Virus record (IMG/VR): IMGVR_UViG_3300012943_000029
Location: 92,922-156,921 of that record
Source: a virus
DNA: 64,000 nt
Reading direction: 5' to 3' (one strand)
Of the stretch, positions 8,753-18,917 are shown one piece after another. The notes beneath the pieces are model-generated. The model did no database searches. It saw only the letters and a list, made by a program, of their open reading frames with translations, and was not told the DNA's origin. Positions within the stretch are counted from its first letter, which is position 1, and each line of letters starts with the position of its first letter. A program made the position numbers and the translations under genes.

Positions 8753-11700
8753 TGATGTGGAAGTTCGTTACCCACGTGGTGCCTGTTCCGCTAAATGAAA
8801 CTGCTATCGTGAGCGTCTGCGCTGCACCACTATTTACAGCCGCCGTACCGTTGACTATGGCGAAGGCGTTAATTGAAGCCGTGTTAAGATCACCAGCCGT
8901 ACCCACCGTTACGTTGCCGGTGCCACCAATGCGCACGGTGCCATTCAATATTTGCGCGTTGGCAGAATTGTTCGATGCGAGAATCAGGTCGAGGTCCCAT
9001 GCACCATCGGAGTTTCCGGCCTGGTTCGCTGTAGTATCTGACCACAGCGTAGTGCCACCGTATGAAACAGTGATCGTAACGCTTCTCGCACTGCCAGTTG
9101 TTCTCGCAAATGTTCCACAGGTCCTGATGTGTAGCAAATTCGTTGTTCCAAGCGTACCACCTGGGACTGAATATGAAAGGACGTTACCAGCCGCGTTGGT
9201 CAACGTAGTTGGTATTACGGATTTGGTAATGACGCCAACACGCTGAGCCCAAGCTCCACCACCAACATAATCTTCTGGTGAGCCGATGCTGCTGTTATAG
9301 CGCTCCATACCAACTACCGCGGTTGGGCGCTGAGCAGTTGTGCCACTTGGAATGCGGAGGAACTGTGTGTCCAGCTCCATGATTGGGGCGTTGGCAGTGA
9401 TTAGGGCGCCGGCATCGGTATTAGCGCCGACATACCATGAAAAGCCTGATGCAGCACCAGCCGTTCTGGCAGCATATGTGCCACGCGCGCCGAATACTGA
9501 AACATACAGCGGGTTCGCGTATGTGCCAGTACCAATCGTGTTGAACGTAATATACGGCGCATCATCATCTGCGTCGGTGAGACGTAGGTATGGGGTGCTG
9601 CCGTCATATGCGTATGAAATATATCCTGATGTTCCCGGCACACCAGAATTGAAGTACACTAGCTGTGCGTCTTGGTCTGTATTGCCGGTTTCAATGTACA
9701 TCGTGGCCGGCCCAGCGAGATACTGTGCTGCAAGCCCTGGTGCCGTGTAAGCTGGGCCAACGCGCATCTGGTTCGTAGCTGAAGTGCCAGTAACTGATAC
9801 GTATGGGTTTGCACCAGTAACAAAGTTGAAGTTGTTGCTGCCACCGAGAACGCCGTTGTTATTCCACTGAACGTTCGTATTGGCTCCAGCTGGGACGACA
9901 TTGAGCGTTACTGCACCTGTTGCACCAGAAACCGAGATATTGCTGCCAGCAACCGCGCTTGTTACGCCAGTGTTGGTAATCGTTGGGTTACCAGCAATGC
10001 CATCGCCGTTGCTGATTGAAATTGCCGTGCCTGCTGTAATCGTGCGAACTGTCCACGTGTCAGTTGCTGTGCGGACTGCCATGCCGTTTGCAGCAAGAGC
10101 CTCAACGGCGGCGAGGTCGTTAGCGAGGGCGAGAGTTGGGTTGCCTGCAACACCGTTACCATTCGTGACGGTGATACCCGCAGCTGGACCCGTGAGGGTG
10201 CGACCAGTGAAGGTATCTGCGGCCGTCTGCGTCAAAAGACCGTTGGTGTTAAATGCAGCAAGTGATGTTAGCGTAGCATCGAGCGGCTGCTTACCAGCAA
10301 GATCTGTTACGAGATTCGTGACTGCGCTTTCCGGAATGCCGGTGAAGTTAGCTTCAACGATCGTCAGCGTTGGGTTACCCGAAACGCCATCACCGTTGGC
10401 GACGGTGATCTTGGAGTTGGCTGAGACGATTGAGCGCTGTACCCATGTGTCTGATGCAGAGCGAACTGCGATACCAGTCGAGGCGAGAGCTTCAAGAGCG
10501 GCAAGGTCATTCGCGAGAGCAAATGTTGGTGTGCCCGTAGAAGTTATTGGAGTACCCGATCCAGTGATGGTCAAACCAGCTGCTGGCTGAGTAAGAGTGA
10601 TAGACGTGACAGTGCCACCGCCACCAGTTGCCGAGATCGTTGGATTGCCAGATACACCGTCGCCATTGCTGATGGAGATACCTGCACCGGCTGTAAGTGT
10701 TCTGTTGACAAATGTGCCTGCTGCAGTCTTCACAACAACACCGTTGCCAAGTGCAGCGAGGTTTACAATGAGCGTATTCTGCGTAGCCGTCGTGTGATAG
10801 TATTCGTCAGTCGTACCACCCTGCAAACCACCAAGTTCATTGTGAGAAGTAACAGATCCACCGGTGAACACCACATTGAACGCGCTCTGAACTTCCGTGA
10901 AGTCAGCATCGCTCTTCTTAATGATGATGCGGCCGATCAATGAGGCAGTAAGCAGTGGGTTTGGTGGGGTCGTTGGCGGTTGTGAGGCGGTTGTCGTGTC
11001 CAGGTTCGTGCTGTTCGTTATGCCATACACAACGTGGATCTGCCCGTCAGTTGACAGATAAACCCAATGCGAGCCATATGCCTTGTTGCTGAGCGCGACT
11101 AATCCAGACGATGGATCGTTGTACTGTGTATTGTCGATCTGCGTCTGTGACGCAGCAGAAGCCCATGTTGTCGGCGCAGTGCGATACCAGTACGTGAACG
11201 TATCAGAGCCGCTGGTATCCTTGGCCGTCAACGTGTAGCGGTCAATGCCTTCCCAAAATGCGCCAGCGCTGATAGCAAAGTTGCGAGTGCCAGTTGCCGA
11301 AAGGATTGCGCCGCTCTCACGCTCGAACCCTTGAACCGACTCGAAACGATTGATAATGCCGGCGAGCGAGTTGTCAAGCTTGAGGCGCGTGTAGTTGTTA
11401 AGCGTTAGCACCGTGCCAGCACGGTACACCTGCCCGATGATGACGTGGTCGACAGCGAAATTAGGTGTCGTCGTAGCTATTACAGTTGGCGAGCCGCCGT
11501 TGTAATCAACGAAGATGTAGTTCAGCGCGTTGTTCGTCAGCGCAAGTGATGGAACAGCTGCGAAGTCAAAGAAGTAAAGATGGCTGAGCGTGTTGTCTGT
11601 CGCGTGGATTTGACCGGTGCCACCAGTAACTGCAAGCGTACCATCACCGTTGTCAGTGAACGTGCCGCCACTGAAGGTGCCACGCGAACCGATGATGTCG

Positions 11701-11948
11701 ATGAACGCCTGGATGGTCTTGAACGTGGAGCCTGGCAGGTACAGCGCGTCAGTATAGTTGATCCACGCGCCATCTTGGTATACCTCAACGCGATTGAGGT
11801 CTGTGTTGTAGCGGGCTGAGCCAGCGTCTGCCCCAACAGGGCGCTCTGCCGTAGTTCCATTCGGCAGATCGAGAGCCCCAGTACCACCGATGGTAATCGT
11901 ACCAGTACTTTCGGGGGTAATGGTCTCTGTGTCGTAGTTAAAATCCAT
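8739..11948 (-). CDS. Long tail-fibre-like protein (1069 aa)
   Basis: Thr/Gly/Ala-rich; repeated NGDGVSGNPT and LANDLAA(L/V)EALA modules; GTTA(E/Q)RP motifs. Confidence 0.8.
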   Translation of the reverse strand: MDFNYDTETITPESTGTITIGGTGALDLPNGTTAERPVGADAGSARYNTDLNRVEVYQDGAWINYTDALYLPGSTFKTIQAFIDIIGSRGTFSGGTFTDNGDGTLAVTGGTGQIHATDNTLSHLYFFDFAAVPSLALTNNALNYIFVDYNGGSPTVIATTTPNFAVDHVIIGQVYRAGTVLTLNNYTRLKLDNSLAGIINRFESVQGFERESGAILSATGTRNFAISAGAFWEGIDRYTLTAKDTSGSDTFTYWYRTAPTTWASAASQTQIDNTQYNDPSSGLVALSNKAYGSHWVYLSTDGQIHVVYGITNSTNLDTTTASQPPTTPPNPLLTASLIGRIIIKKSDADFTEVQSAFNVVFTGGSVTSHNELGGLQGGTTDEYYHTTATQNTLIVNLAALGNGVVVKTAAGTFVNRTLTAGAGISISNGDGVSGNPTISATGGGGTVTSITLTQPAAGLTITGSGTPITSTGTPTFALANDLAALEALASTGIAVRSASDTWVQRSIVSANSKITVANGDGVSGNPTLTIVEANFTGIPESAVTNLVTDLAGKQPLDATLTSLAAFNTNGLLTQTAADTFTGRTLTGPAAGITVTNGNGVAGNPTLALANDLAAVEALAANGMAVRTATDTWTVRTITAGTAISISNGDGIAGNPTITNTGVTSAVAGSNISVSGATGAVTLNVVPAGANTNVQWNNNGVLGGSNNFNFVTGANPYVSVTGTSATNQMRVGPAYTAPGLAAQYLAGPATMYIETGNTDQDAQLVYFNSGVPGTSGYISYAYDGSTPYLRLTDADDDAPYITFNTIGTGTYANPLYVSVFGARGTYAARTAGAASGFSWYVGANTDAGALITANAPIMELDTQFLRIPSGTTAQRPTAVVGMERYNSSIGSPEDYVGGGAWAQRVGVITKSVIPTTLTNAAGNVLSYSVPGGTLGTTNLLHIRTCGTFARTTGSARSVTITVSYGGTTLWSDTTANQAGNSDGAWDLDLILASNNSANAQILNGTVRIGGTGNVTVGTAGDLNTASINAFAIVNGTAAVNSGAAQTLTIAVSFSGTGTTWVTNFHIIEKM

Positions 11949-11977
11949 TGCTTACCCTTGTGAGGCAGCGACTTCGG

Positions 11978-14428
11978 TTAGTTCGTAACCTCGGTCGTGC
12001 GAACCGTTGCCACCCAGCGGATGGTCTTAGCAGCTTCACCAGTGACAGTGATGCGAAGATCACCGGTCGTGGCGTTAGCCGTAACGGCGGCATCCCAAGA
12101 AGCATTGGTCTCACCGACGACAGTCTTCGACACAGCGCCGACGAGTGTGTTCGATGCGGCAGTACCATCCTTACGGATAACACCGACGAAGCGGTAACCT
12201 GAACCACCGCCAGTTGCATCAGTGCGGCGGGCTGCGATGAGAATGTCAAACGTAACGACTGAGTTGTTTGAGAACACGAGGCGCTGAGTTGCAGCAGCAC
12301 CGTCAAGGAACAGAGCCGCTGGTGTGGCGTTGTTCGTGATGGCGCGAAGAACGTAGGTTCCTGCCTGTGCATCACCGTCAGTTGCAAACTTGCCGTTGGC
12401 GAATGCCTTGCTACCGAAGATCGATGCGCTTGAACCCTCACCGAACGCCTGAGCGTTGGTGCCAGTTGCTGAAGGTGCTGATGGCGTAACAGCGTTCTCA
12501 GCGTAGAGCTCAAGACCTGCATTTGGCGGCAGATCTGCAGCAACGATGGCGCGGAAGGTTGGCTCATCGCTACCACCACTTGCTGGACCGGCGAACACCG
12601 TGTTCGCGGCCTGTGAAGCGAGTGTGAGTGTGAGAGTGCCGGTCGTTGTGACTGGTGAGCCGCTGATCGTGTAGATCGGAGCGGCTGAAGCATCTGCTAG
12701 GGCGACGCTCGTAACACCCGTGTTGGCGATCGTGATCGTGCCTGCGCCGTTGGTGACGGAGATACCCGCACCTGCGGTGAGAGCCGCAACCGATGGGGCA
12801 CCGCCGGTAGAACCGATGAGGAGCTGACCATTCGTTGGAGCGGCCGACGAAACAACCTGCTTGCTTGCGTTCGAGTAGACGAAGGTGTTCGCCGTGTTCG
12901 AAGCAACTGCGAGGGTGGTCGTAACTTCAACAGAACCCGGAGCGATGAGCGCTGAAGGCAGGCTAAGCGTGACCGAGCCAGTTGATGCCGAGGCGGTGAT
13001 CTGGTTGGTGGTACCAGCGATTGAGGTGACACCATCGTTGGTGATGGTGACGGTGCCAGTTGAAGCATCAACGCTGATGCCATCACCAGCAACTGCTGAC
13101 GTTACGCCAGTGTTGTTGATGGTGATCGTGCCTGCGCCGTTCGTGATACCGATTGCAGTGCCTGCAGTAATGGTGCCAAGCGTGTAGCCGGTGCCGTTAC
13201 CAATCAAAAGCTGACCGTTAGTTGGGGTAGCCGAAAGTGCCGTACCACCGTTGGCGGTAGAAACTGGCGATGAGAGCGCGAACTCTGTACCAGTCAGCGT
13301 CAGACCGTTACCTGCCGTGTAGGTGTTCGTACCAGCAAACTGCGTGAAGCTTACTGGATCAGTGTCAATGTCTGAAACGTCATTGAACTGTACCCATGCG
13401 GTGTCCGCAAACAACGTACCCTGCTCGACGAATACGGCAGCGCCGTTGATTTCGTTGATTGGCGTAGTTGCATCCATGTCTGTGGCGCGAACCCATGCAC
13501 CAGCGTGGGCGACATAGATACCGTTTTCTTCAGGGGCAGCCTGATCCTTGACGAGGACGCGCTGACCGTCGGTCACAGTTACACCGTCAACAGTCAGGAG
13601 ACCGCCGGTGGTGAGATCAATGTCAGCAGTAGTAGCGGCAGTTGCGGTCTGCTTCCATGACAGGCCCGTGGCAATTGCGTCGACGTATGACTTGTTGACA
13701 ACGTCGCTGTCAGCCACTGGGTCTGGAACGCCGGTTACTGTTGCGCCACCGGTGAATACGAGATCACCAGACATCGTGTCGCCGGTGACATTCACGTATG
13801 TGCTGTCGACGAGAGGGGTAATGTCGCCTGCAACAACTGCTGAAGTGGCGGTTACGCGACCCTTTGCATCAGTCGTAATCTTGACGAATGCGCCAGATAC
13901 TGGGGTGCCAGCATCGACGAGGTTGATTGTTGGGTTGCCAGATACACCATCACCGTTCGTGACTGAGATATTACCGGCTGTGCCAGCGATTGAGCGTTCG
14001 ACAAATGTGTCGACGCCTGACTGAACAACAATGCCAGTTCCACCGCCAGCGGCGAGGGTAGCAACAGCCTGGAGACCAGTTGAAATATTGACAGTGAGAG
14101 TACCAGTGCTAGTGACTGGACCTCCACCAACGGTAACACCAGTTGAAGACGTGCCGATGTCTACACTTGTTACAGAACCAGAAGACGTGGAGAGAGTTTC
14201 CCAGGTAGTGCCGTTGTAGTACTCGAGAAGAGTAGTTTCGGCGTTCCAACGGAACATACCGCCAACGCCAGTTGGGCGTTCAGCTGTCGTACCCTGAAGC
14301 AGTGTAAGAGCGCCGGTTCCGAGGAGCGATAGAACTCCAGCAGTTCCACCAAGCGGTGGCAGCTGCGAACAATCCAGGGTTTGAATGGTATCAATCAACC
14401 CGGTGTCAAAATTAAAGTTCATGCTCAA
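11978..14428 (-). CDS. Tail-fibre-like protein (816 aa)
   Basis: GTTAERP, NGDGVSGNPT, RVLVKDQ..ENGIYV domain, NGQLLIG repeats; late box at 14457-14463. Confidence 0.8.
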   Translation of the reverse strand: MSMNFNFDTGLIDTIQTLDCSQLPPLGGTAGVLSLLGTGALTLLQGTTAERPTGVGGMFRWNAETTLLEYYNGTTWETLSTSSGSVTSVDIGTSSTGVTVGGGPVTSTGTLTVNISTGLQAVATLAAGGGTGIVVQSGVDTFVERSIAGTAGNISVTNGDGVSGNPTINLVDAGTPVSGAFVKITTDAKGRVTATSAVVAGDITPLVDSTYVNVTGDTMSGDLVFTGGATVTGVPDPVADSDVVNKSYVDAIATGLSWKQTATAATTADIDLTTGGLLTVDGVTVTDGQRVLVKDQAAPEENGIYVAHAGAWVRATDMDATTPINEINGAAVFVEQGTLFADTAWVQFNDVSDIDTDPVSFTQFAGTNTYTAGNGLTLTGTEFALSSPVSTANGGTALSATPTNGQLLIGNGTGYTLGTITAGTAIGITNGAGTITINNTGVTSAVAGDGISVDASTGTVTITNDGVTSIAGTTNQITASASTGSVTLSLPSALIAPGSVEVTTTLAVASNTANTFVYSNASKQVVSSAAPTNGQLLIGSTGGAPSVAALTAGAGISVTNGAGTITIANTGVTSVALADASAAPIYTISGSPVTTTGTLTLTLASQAANTVFAGPASGGSDEPTFRAIVAADLPPNAGLELYAENAVTPSAPSATGTNAQAFGEGSSASIFGSKAFANGKFATDGDAQAGTYVLRAITNNATPAALFLDGAAATQRLVFSNNSVVTFDILIAARRTDATGGGSGYRFVGVIRKDGTAASNTLVGAVSKTVVGETNASWDAAVTANATTGDLRITVTGEAAKTIRWVATVRTTEVTN

Positions 14429-14456
14429 TCTCCGGAAACGTCTTTGGACCTACTGG

Positions 14457-14463
14457 TATTTAT
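14457..14463 (-). promoter_or_regulatory. Late promoter (ATAAATA)
   Basis: About 30 nt upstream of the fibre gene start. Confidence 0.65.
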
Positions 14464-14514
14464 GCCAAAGGGCATGTGGCGCTGTTATGGGAACAACAGC
14501 GGCTGGAGATTTGA

Positions 14515-15747
14515 TCAGTTTGTAATTTCTACGGTCTCTACAACCGCCAACCAGCGGATTGTCTTTCCGTTCTGACCCTGCACCGTGAGCTTCAGGGCGC
14601 CGGTAGTGGCGTCTGCCGTAGCTACAACGTTCCATGAGGTGTTGCTTCTGGCAATAATTTGGCTGCTTACCTTACCCTGCAACGCTGTAGTGGCTGCACC
14701 GGCACCACGGTAGATGACGCCCTTGAGCTCGAACCCAGCGTGACCATCACCTGCATCCGTGCGATGAGCCGTGACTGTGGCCTTGAATGACCAGGTAGCA
14801 TCATCAGGGAGGGCCAGAGAAATTGAACCACCTGGACCATCAATGAACATCGGCGTTGCGGCACCATTGATTGTGCTAGCGCGCAGCGCGTAACGACCAA
14901 ACTGGGCGTCGCCAGAACTTGCGAAGCGACCATTGGTCCAAGCAAGTTGACCTTCTGTACGAGTAAGTGACTGTGGGCCGAGAGCAATGGAATTTGGAGC
15001 CTGGGCTGCCGATGCTTGACCGATTGCTACAGCATTGGTACCTGTCGCAGAGGGTGCAGAAGGTGTGACAGGGTTCTCAGCATACAGCTCTAGCGCGCTA
15101 CCCCCACCACCTCCACCGGTTGAAGAGATGGTGATCGTGCCGGCCCCGTGCACAACTGAAACGTTGGAGCCGGCGTTGATCGTCTTGTACTCAAGAGCCG
15201 TTCCACCAGCATTCATTCCAAGGATCTGGTTCGCAGTTCCAAGATCAAGTGATATTGTAGGATTTCCGGCTACACCATCGCCATTAGCAATGTTGATGAG
15301 CGGGTTGCTTGAAACTATTGAGCGGGCTGCGCTCGTCGTTGGGCTCGTGATTACATAGATGCCGTTTGCAGCGATGTTGTTGAGAGCGCTAACGTTGCCG
15401 CCATCCTGACCGCCGTAGATGAACGACTGGTGAACGGTCGCGGCGGTGATGCGATGGTCAACGAGGGTATCACCTGCTGGCCATGACTGCGCTGTCGTGC
15501 TTTCCCAACCACGCACGAGGCCGGTGAGAACGTCGCCTGAACGGCCAGTGACCTTGATAATTTCACGGCTAACAGGTGATGCGACATCCTCAAGCGTGAT
15601 GAGGAAGAACTCGCCAGGGTTTGCTGGCTGAGGGAACTTGGCACCAAGACCTGGTTGAACTGTAAGCGTTACATCGCCAGCGCCAATGCTGTTCTGCAGC
15701 AGTGATACGGCGTTGTTGGTCCACAGTTGAAGAATTACTTGGCTCAC
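14515..15747 (-). CDS. Fibre/virion protein (410 aa)
   Basis: N-terminal EIIKVTGRSGD.L...RG.E.T.A motif; C-terminal domain paralogous to that of the 816-aa protein. Confidence 0.75.
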   Translation of the reverse strand: MSQVILQLWTNNAVSLLQNSIGAGDVTLTVQPGLGAKFPQPANPGEFFLITLEDVASPVSREIIKVTGRSGDVLTGLVRGWESTTAQSWPAGDTLVDHRITAATVHQSFIYGGQDGGNVSALNNIAANGIYVITSPTTSAARSIVSSNPLINIANGDGVAGNPTISLDLGTANQILGMNAGGTALEYKTINAGSNVSVVHGAGTITISSTGGGGGGSALELYAENPVTPSAPSATGTNAVAIGQASAAQAPNSIALGPQSLTRTEGQLAWTNGRFASSGDAQFGRYALRASTINGAATPMFIDGPGGSISLALPDDATWSFKATVTAHRTDAGDGHAGFELKGVIYRGAGAATTALQGKVSSQIIARSNTSWNVVATADATTGALKLTVQGQNGKTIRWLAVVETVEITN

Positions 15748-15971
15748 TCGACGATGCCTCCAAACTTCACGGCAATCTCAGTGAGCTGTGTCTTCGTCGT
15801 AGGCTGAGCTGCAGATGTAGCCGCCTCAAACTCGGCAGCCTTTTCTGCTGGGATAGTGCATGTGGCACGTGAAATACCAAGCTCAGCCTCGTACACCTGG
15901 TACTTCCTTTTAGGCGGTGCCTTCTGCTCAGCTTCAATGCCGGTAATAAAGTCGAAGCGCTTCTTCGTCAT
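15744..15971 (-). CDS. Hypothetical protein
   Basis: Translationally coupled ORF. Confidence 0.5.
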   Translation of the reverse strand: MTKKRFDFITGIEAEQKAPPKRKYQVYEAELGISRATCTIPAEKAAEFEAATSAAQPTTKTQLTEIAVKFGGIVE

Positions 15972-15984
15972 TTTTCGTGGTGTC

Positions 15985-16200
15985 TTACTTTAGAATTGCC
16001 ACCACAAGGGCGATCACTGAGATGATGATCGCGACGGTTGTTGACTTGATGTGGAACTTGCGACCAAGCTCAACAGACTTAACGCGGGCCTCAACATCGG
16101 CGGCCTTAGTTTCGAGCTCTCTGATGATGTCATCTTCGAGTTTCTCAATGTCGGCGACGGTGGCAATGTCATGTCCAAGCAGCTTCATTCTTCGCTCCAA
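15985..16200 (-). CDS. Small coiled-coil protein with C-terminal TM helix
   Basis: Hydrophobic C-terminus VAIIISVIALVVAIL. Confidence 0.55.
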   Translation of the reverse strand: MERRMKLLGHDIATVADIEKLEDDIIRELETKAADVEARVKSVELGRKFHIKSTTVAIIISVIALVVAILK

Positions 16201-16265
16201 TAAAGTATGAGGCGAGACCGCATGGTCATCGCCGAAGAAAATGTCCCAATTAGAAAAGCTTACGT

Positions 16266-16451
16266 CTAGTCTAGGTCGTCAAGCTCTTCATCTAGTAGCT
16301 CTTCTTCCAGCTCTTGAACGTAACGCTTGAAGTTGATGCGAGCAGAGCGGTTGTCTCTTGCATCTTCTGAAAATCCGCGGGCGCGGCGCTTTTTCTTATC
16401 AAGTGCACGTGGCTGATGGTGGTTGCTACCATCTGAATTTTGGGTTCCCAT
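16266..16451 (-). CDS. Small protein with basic core and acidic tail
   Basis: Start MGTQNS after AGGAGA RBS; ATAAATA at 16483-16489. Confidence 0.55.
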   Translation of the reverse strand: MGTQNSDGSNHHQPRALDKKKRRARGFSEDARDNRSARINFKRYVQELEEELLDEELDDLD

Positions 16452-16492
16452 CTTCTCCTGTCCTAAACAAATAGGGCCTGTGTATTTATGCC

Positions 16493-17026
16493 CTACGGAA
16501 GTTTGAATGTGCTCAAGTCGTACTTCAGGGCTCTCTTTCCGCATACGTAGTCGCCCAGCTCAATCCCGCCAGCCCGATACGCCTGCTTCCAGTCATCTGC
16601 AAAGCTTGGGTTAGCTGTGATGATGCCTTTCAGGGCTGTGTTCTCTGCCGATGAGGTGTAGTGAACCTGACGGTAGTCGTCTACTATGTCCCTGATGACG
16701 AATGGGCTGACTGAGGAGCTGCTCAAGACGTGTCGGAGCGCTGAGACGCCGCCCTCCTGTCGCCCGCGAAAGTGCTCTTTCGTCTTGTGGAAGCTCTTGC
16801 CTGTCGCCAGAGCGCGCTGCCATGCAAGAACACACTCCTTGCTGATGAGGCCAGAATGGATCGGGCTCATCTCATAGAGGAGGGTTCCAATGATGCGCGC
16901 GTAGGTATTGTGAGTGAGCTTATCCTTGTTGGGATCCGCTAAGAAAGCGGTGCAGCTCTCAAGAATTCTACCAAAGCGAATGTCGTCGGCGCGGTTTTTG
17001 TAGTACGGTTTTCTTGTACCAGCCAT
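16493..17026 (-). CDS. Hypothetical protein, weakly HNH-like
   Basis: EH...(H)YTSSAEN..L...Y..GGIE pattern. Confidence 0.45.
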   Translation of the reverse strand: MAGTRKPYYKNRADDIRFGRILESCTAFLADPNKDKLTHNTYARIIGTLLYEMSPIHSGLISKECVLAWQRALATGKSFHKTKEHFRGRQEGGVSALRHVLSSSSVSPFVIRDIVDDYRQVHYTSSAENTALKGIITANPSFADDWKQAYRAGGIELGDYVCGKRALKYDLSTFKLP

Positions 17027-17056
17027 GCCGTATCTATAGGCATGGCAACCAACAGT

Positions 17057-17548
17057 TTACTGTTCAAAAATCCAGAGGTGATGGTTCACTGTTGGAAAGT
17101 TATCGAATACCGCATCAATGATATCTGATATGACGGCCCAGCTGCCATTGCCTAGCCCAGCACCGATGAGCGGGTAGTGCACGTCAAGCTTGAGATTGTC
17201 AGCAAGCACGGCGACTTGAAAGAAACTGCTGTGAACAGCCTTGTAGCTGACGTACTGCTTCGTCTGGTCCTTACCAAAATTTTCCTGTGTGATTGCGTTT
17301 ACGACCCACAGCTCAGGCCCCTTCAACAGCGAGTTGCTGCCGACGCGCTGCGGTGCGATCTCACCAAGCACTGGTTCGCCAAGTGAACGGCGATGGCGAC
17401 AAAAGTCGGCGTACGTTTGAAAAGCGGCTGGGTATTTTTCCTTGATGGACTTTGCTACACCGCTACCCATCACGCCCTGCGCGTTGCAGCCATGAACGAT
17501 AAGCCCCTCCTGAACGGAGAGCAGATCACCAAATCTAACCCGCTTCAT
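17057..17548 (-). CDS. Macro-domain (ADP-ribose binding/hydrolase) protein
   Basis: GDL..., IVHGCNAQGVMGSGVA..I...YP, PLIGAGLGNGSW motifs. Confidence 0.88.
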   Translation of the reverse strand: MKRVRFGDLLSVQEGLIVHGCNAQGVMGSGVAKSIKEKYPAAFQTYADFCRHRRSLGEPVLGEIAPQRVGSNSLLKGPELWVVNAITQENFGKDQTKQYVSYKAVHSSFFQVAVLADNLKLDVHYPLIGAGLGNGSWAVISDIIDAVFDNFPTVNHHLWIFEQ

Positions 17549-17948
17549 ATGCCTTCCTTGAAGTACCAGCCAGCTCCTTGGCCTCAAGAAGTTTCTTGTT
17601 AGCGTACCCATTGATGATGGTGATTGACAAGAGCTGCTTGCTCGCAGATGATGGCAGCGCCATGTTCTCGTTCACCACGTAGCGGGTCAGCACATCGATG
17701 ATAGGCTCTTCATTGAGAACGACGGTTCCAAATGGGACTGTGCCACGGCCAACCGTATCGCGCAGCGCCTTGACGGCCTGCTTGGCTGAGAATTCTACTT
17801 CCTCTGGGCAGATGTAAACCCAAAAGTCGTATGTTCGTTCCGACTGCGGTCTAAGCAGGAACGATATGCCACCGCGTGAATGGACCGCTAGGCGATGCGC
17901 CCGTCGATCATACCACTGTGGTCTAACGTGTCGAAATATCTCACTCAT
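17535..17948 (-). CDS. Hypothetical protein
   Basis: Coupled ORF in operon. Confidence 0.55.
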   Translation of the reverse strand: MSEIFRHVRPQWYDRRAHRLAVHSRGGISFLLRPQSERTYDFWVYICPEEVEFSAKQAVKALRDTVGRGTVPFGTVVLNEEPIIDVLTRYVVNENMALPSSASKQLLSITIINGYANKKLLEAKELAGTSRKAYEAG

Positions 17949-18445
17949 TCAGCCGATCTTGGTTCCAGCCCGTGCTGCTGGCGAATTTCATTGATGACTG
18001 TATAGCCATCATGGTTCGGCGAGAACTTCGAGCCAGCTCCATGCTTGTAATCGAGCTCACGCTCGAGCAGCGTAAGCTCATCGTAGAACTTTTTCTCGGC
18101 CTCAACGAACACCTCGAGGTCCCTTGCAGCATTGACAAGCGCAAGGTCTGAAGTGCGAAGGTTGTCGAAGTTCTCATCCCACCAGAACTTCACGAAGTCT
18201 GGTTCACAATCATCACCGAATGTGAGGGTGCCTGAGGCGCCAGTAGAGAAACCGATAACAGACAGGCGAATGCGTTGGCCGTCATAGTCGATGGCACTGT
18301 TTCCCTGGTGAAGCAGCGTGACATTGTAGCGCTTCTCCATGGTGCGCAGCCACTCGAGCACCTTGACTGGGATCGACTTGAGCAGCTTCTCTGAGAGCTG
18401 GTCGTCTGCGTAGTATTCGTTGAGTTCGTCCATTGTTGTCTCCAT
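17945..18445 (-). CDS. Hypothetical protein
   Basis: Start METTM overlaps the upstream stop (TGATG). Confidence 0.55.
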   Translation of the reverse strand: METTMDELNEYYADDQLSEKLLKSIPVKVLEWLRTMEKRYNVTLLHQGNSAIDYDGQRIRLSVIGFSTGASGTLTFGDDCEPDFVKFWWDENFDNLRTSDLALVNAARDLEVFVEAEKKFYDELTLLERELDYKHGAGSKFSPNHDGYTVINEIRQQHGLEPRSAE

Positions 18446-18717
18446 CACGCGTTTTTGTCGGCGTGCCATTTCTTGAAGAGCGCAAGTTTCTTTTCTGTGC
18501 GCGTCATTATGTGTTCTTCGTTGAGCCCAAAGGTCTGACATACGAGGCCGATGGCAGCGATCACGTCAGCCACTTCTTCCTCGAGGCGCTGCTTCATTGA
18601 GCCAGCTCCATCTGGATGCACGTCAGTGTGCATGAAGGCGACCTTCTTGGCGGCAATCGCTGTCAGCTCGCCACATTCTTCCATGAGCTTCGTGAGCCCG
18701 TTGTTTGACATCGTCAT
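18445..18717 (-). CDS. MazG-like nucleotide pyrophosphohydrolase
   Basis: KLMEECGEL...LEEEVADV acidic motif. Confidence 0.8.
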   Translation of the reverse strand: MTMSNNGLTKLMEECGELTAIAAKKVAFMHTDVHPDGAGSMKQRLEEEVADVIAAIGLVCQTFGLNEEHIMTRTEKKLALFKKWHADKNA

Positions 18718-18917
18718 GCTGATTTCACCTGCACTTCCTTCAAGTGGTTGCCAGCTGTCAGACAGTCTGGGCAGAAGTCGACGCGCATGCCATTCCACTT
18801 TGAGATGGCGCCAGTCAACCAGCCGTACTTGCTCAGCAGGTGCGTGATGTTCTCACCTGCTGGGAACTCCTCATGGTTCCGGCAGCCATTGCACTTGATG
18901 ACTGTGTGAAGGCTCAT
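18714..18917 (-). CDS. Small zinc-ribbon protein
   Basis: CNGC...GW...DFCPDC. Confidence 0.6.
   Translation of the reverse strand: MSLHTVIKCNGCRNHEEFPAGENITHLLSKYGWLTGAISKWNGMRVDFCPDCLTAGNHLKEVQVKSA

Noticed and set aside
8713-15631. Long plus-strand ORFs opposite the fibre genes (e.g. 9880-10590)
   Set aside because: Antisense shadows of Thr/Gly/Ala-rich coding sequence with no RBS or motifs
16493-17026. Homing endonuclease or mobile element
   Set aside because: Only a weak HNH-like pattern, with no intron or insertion context
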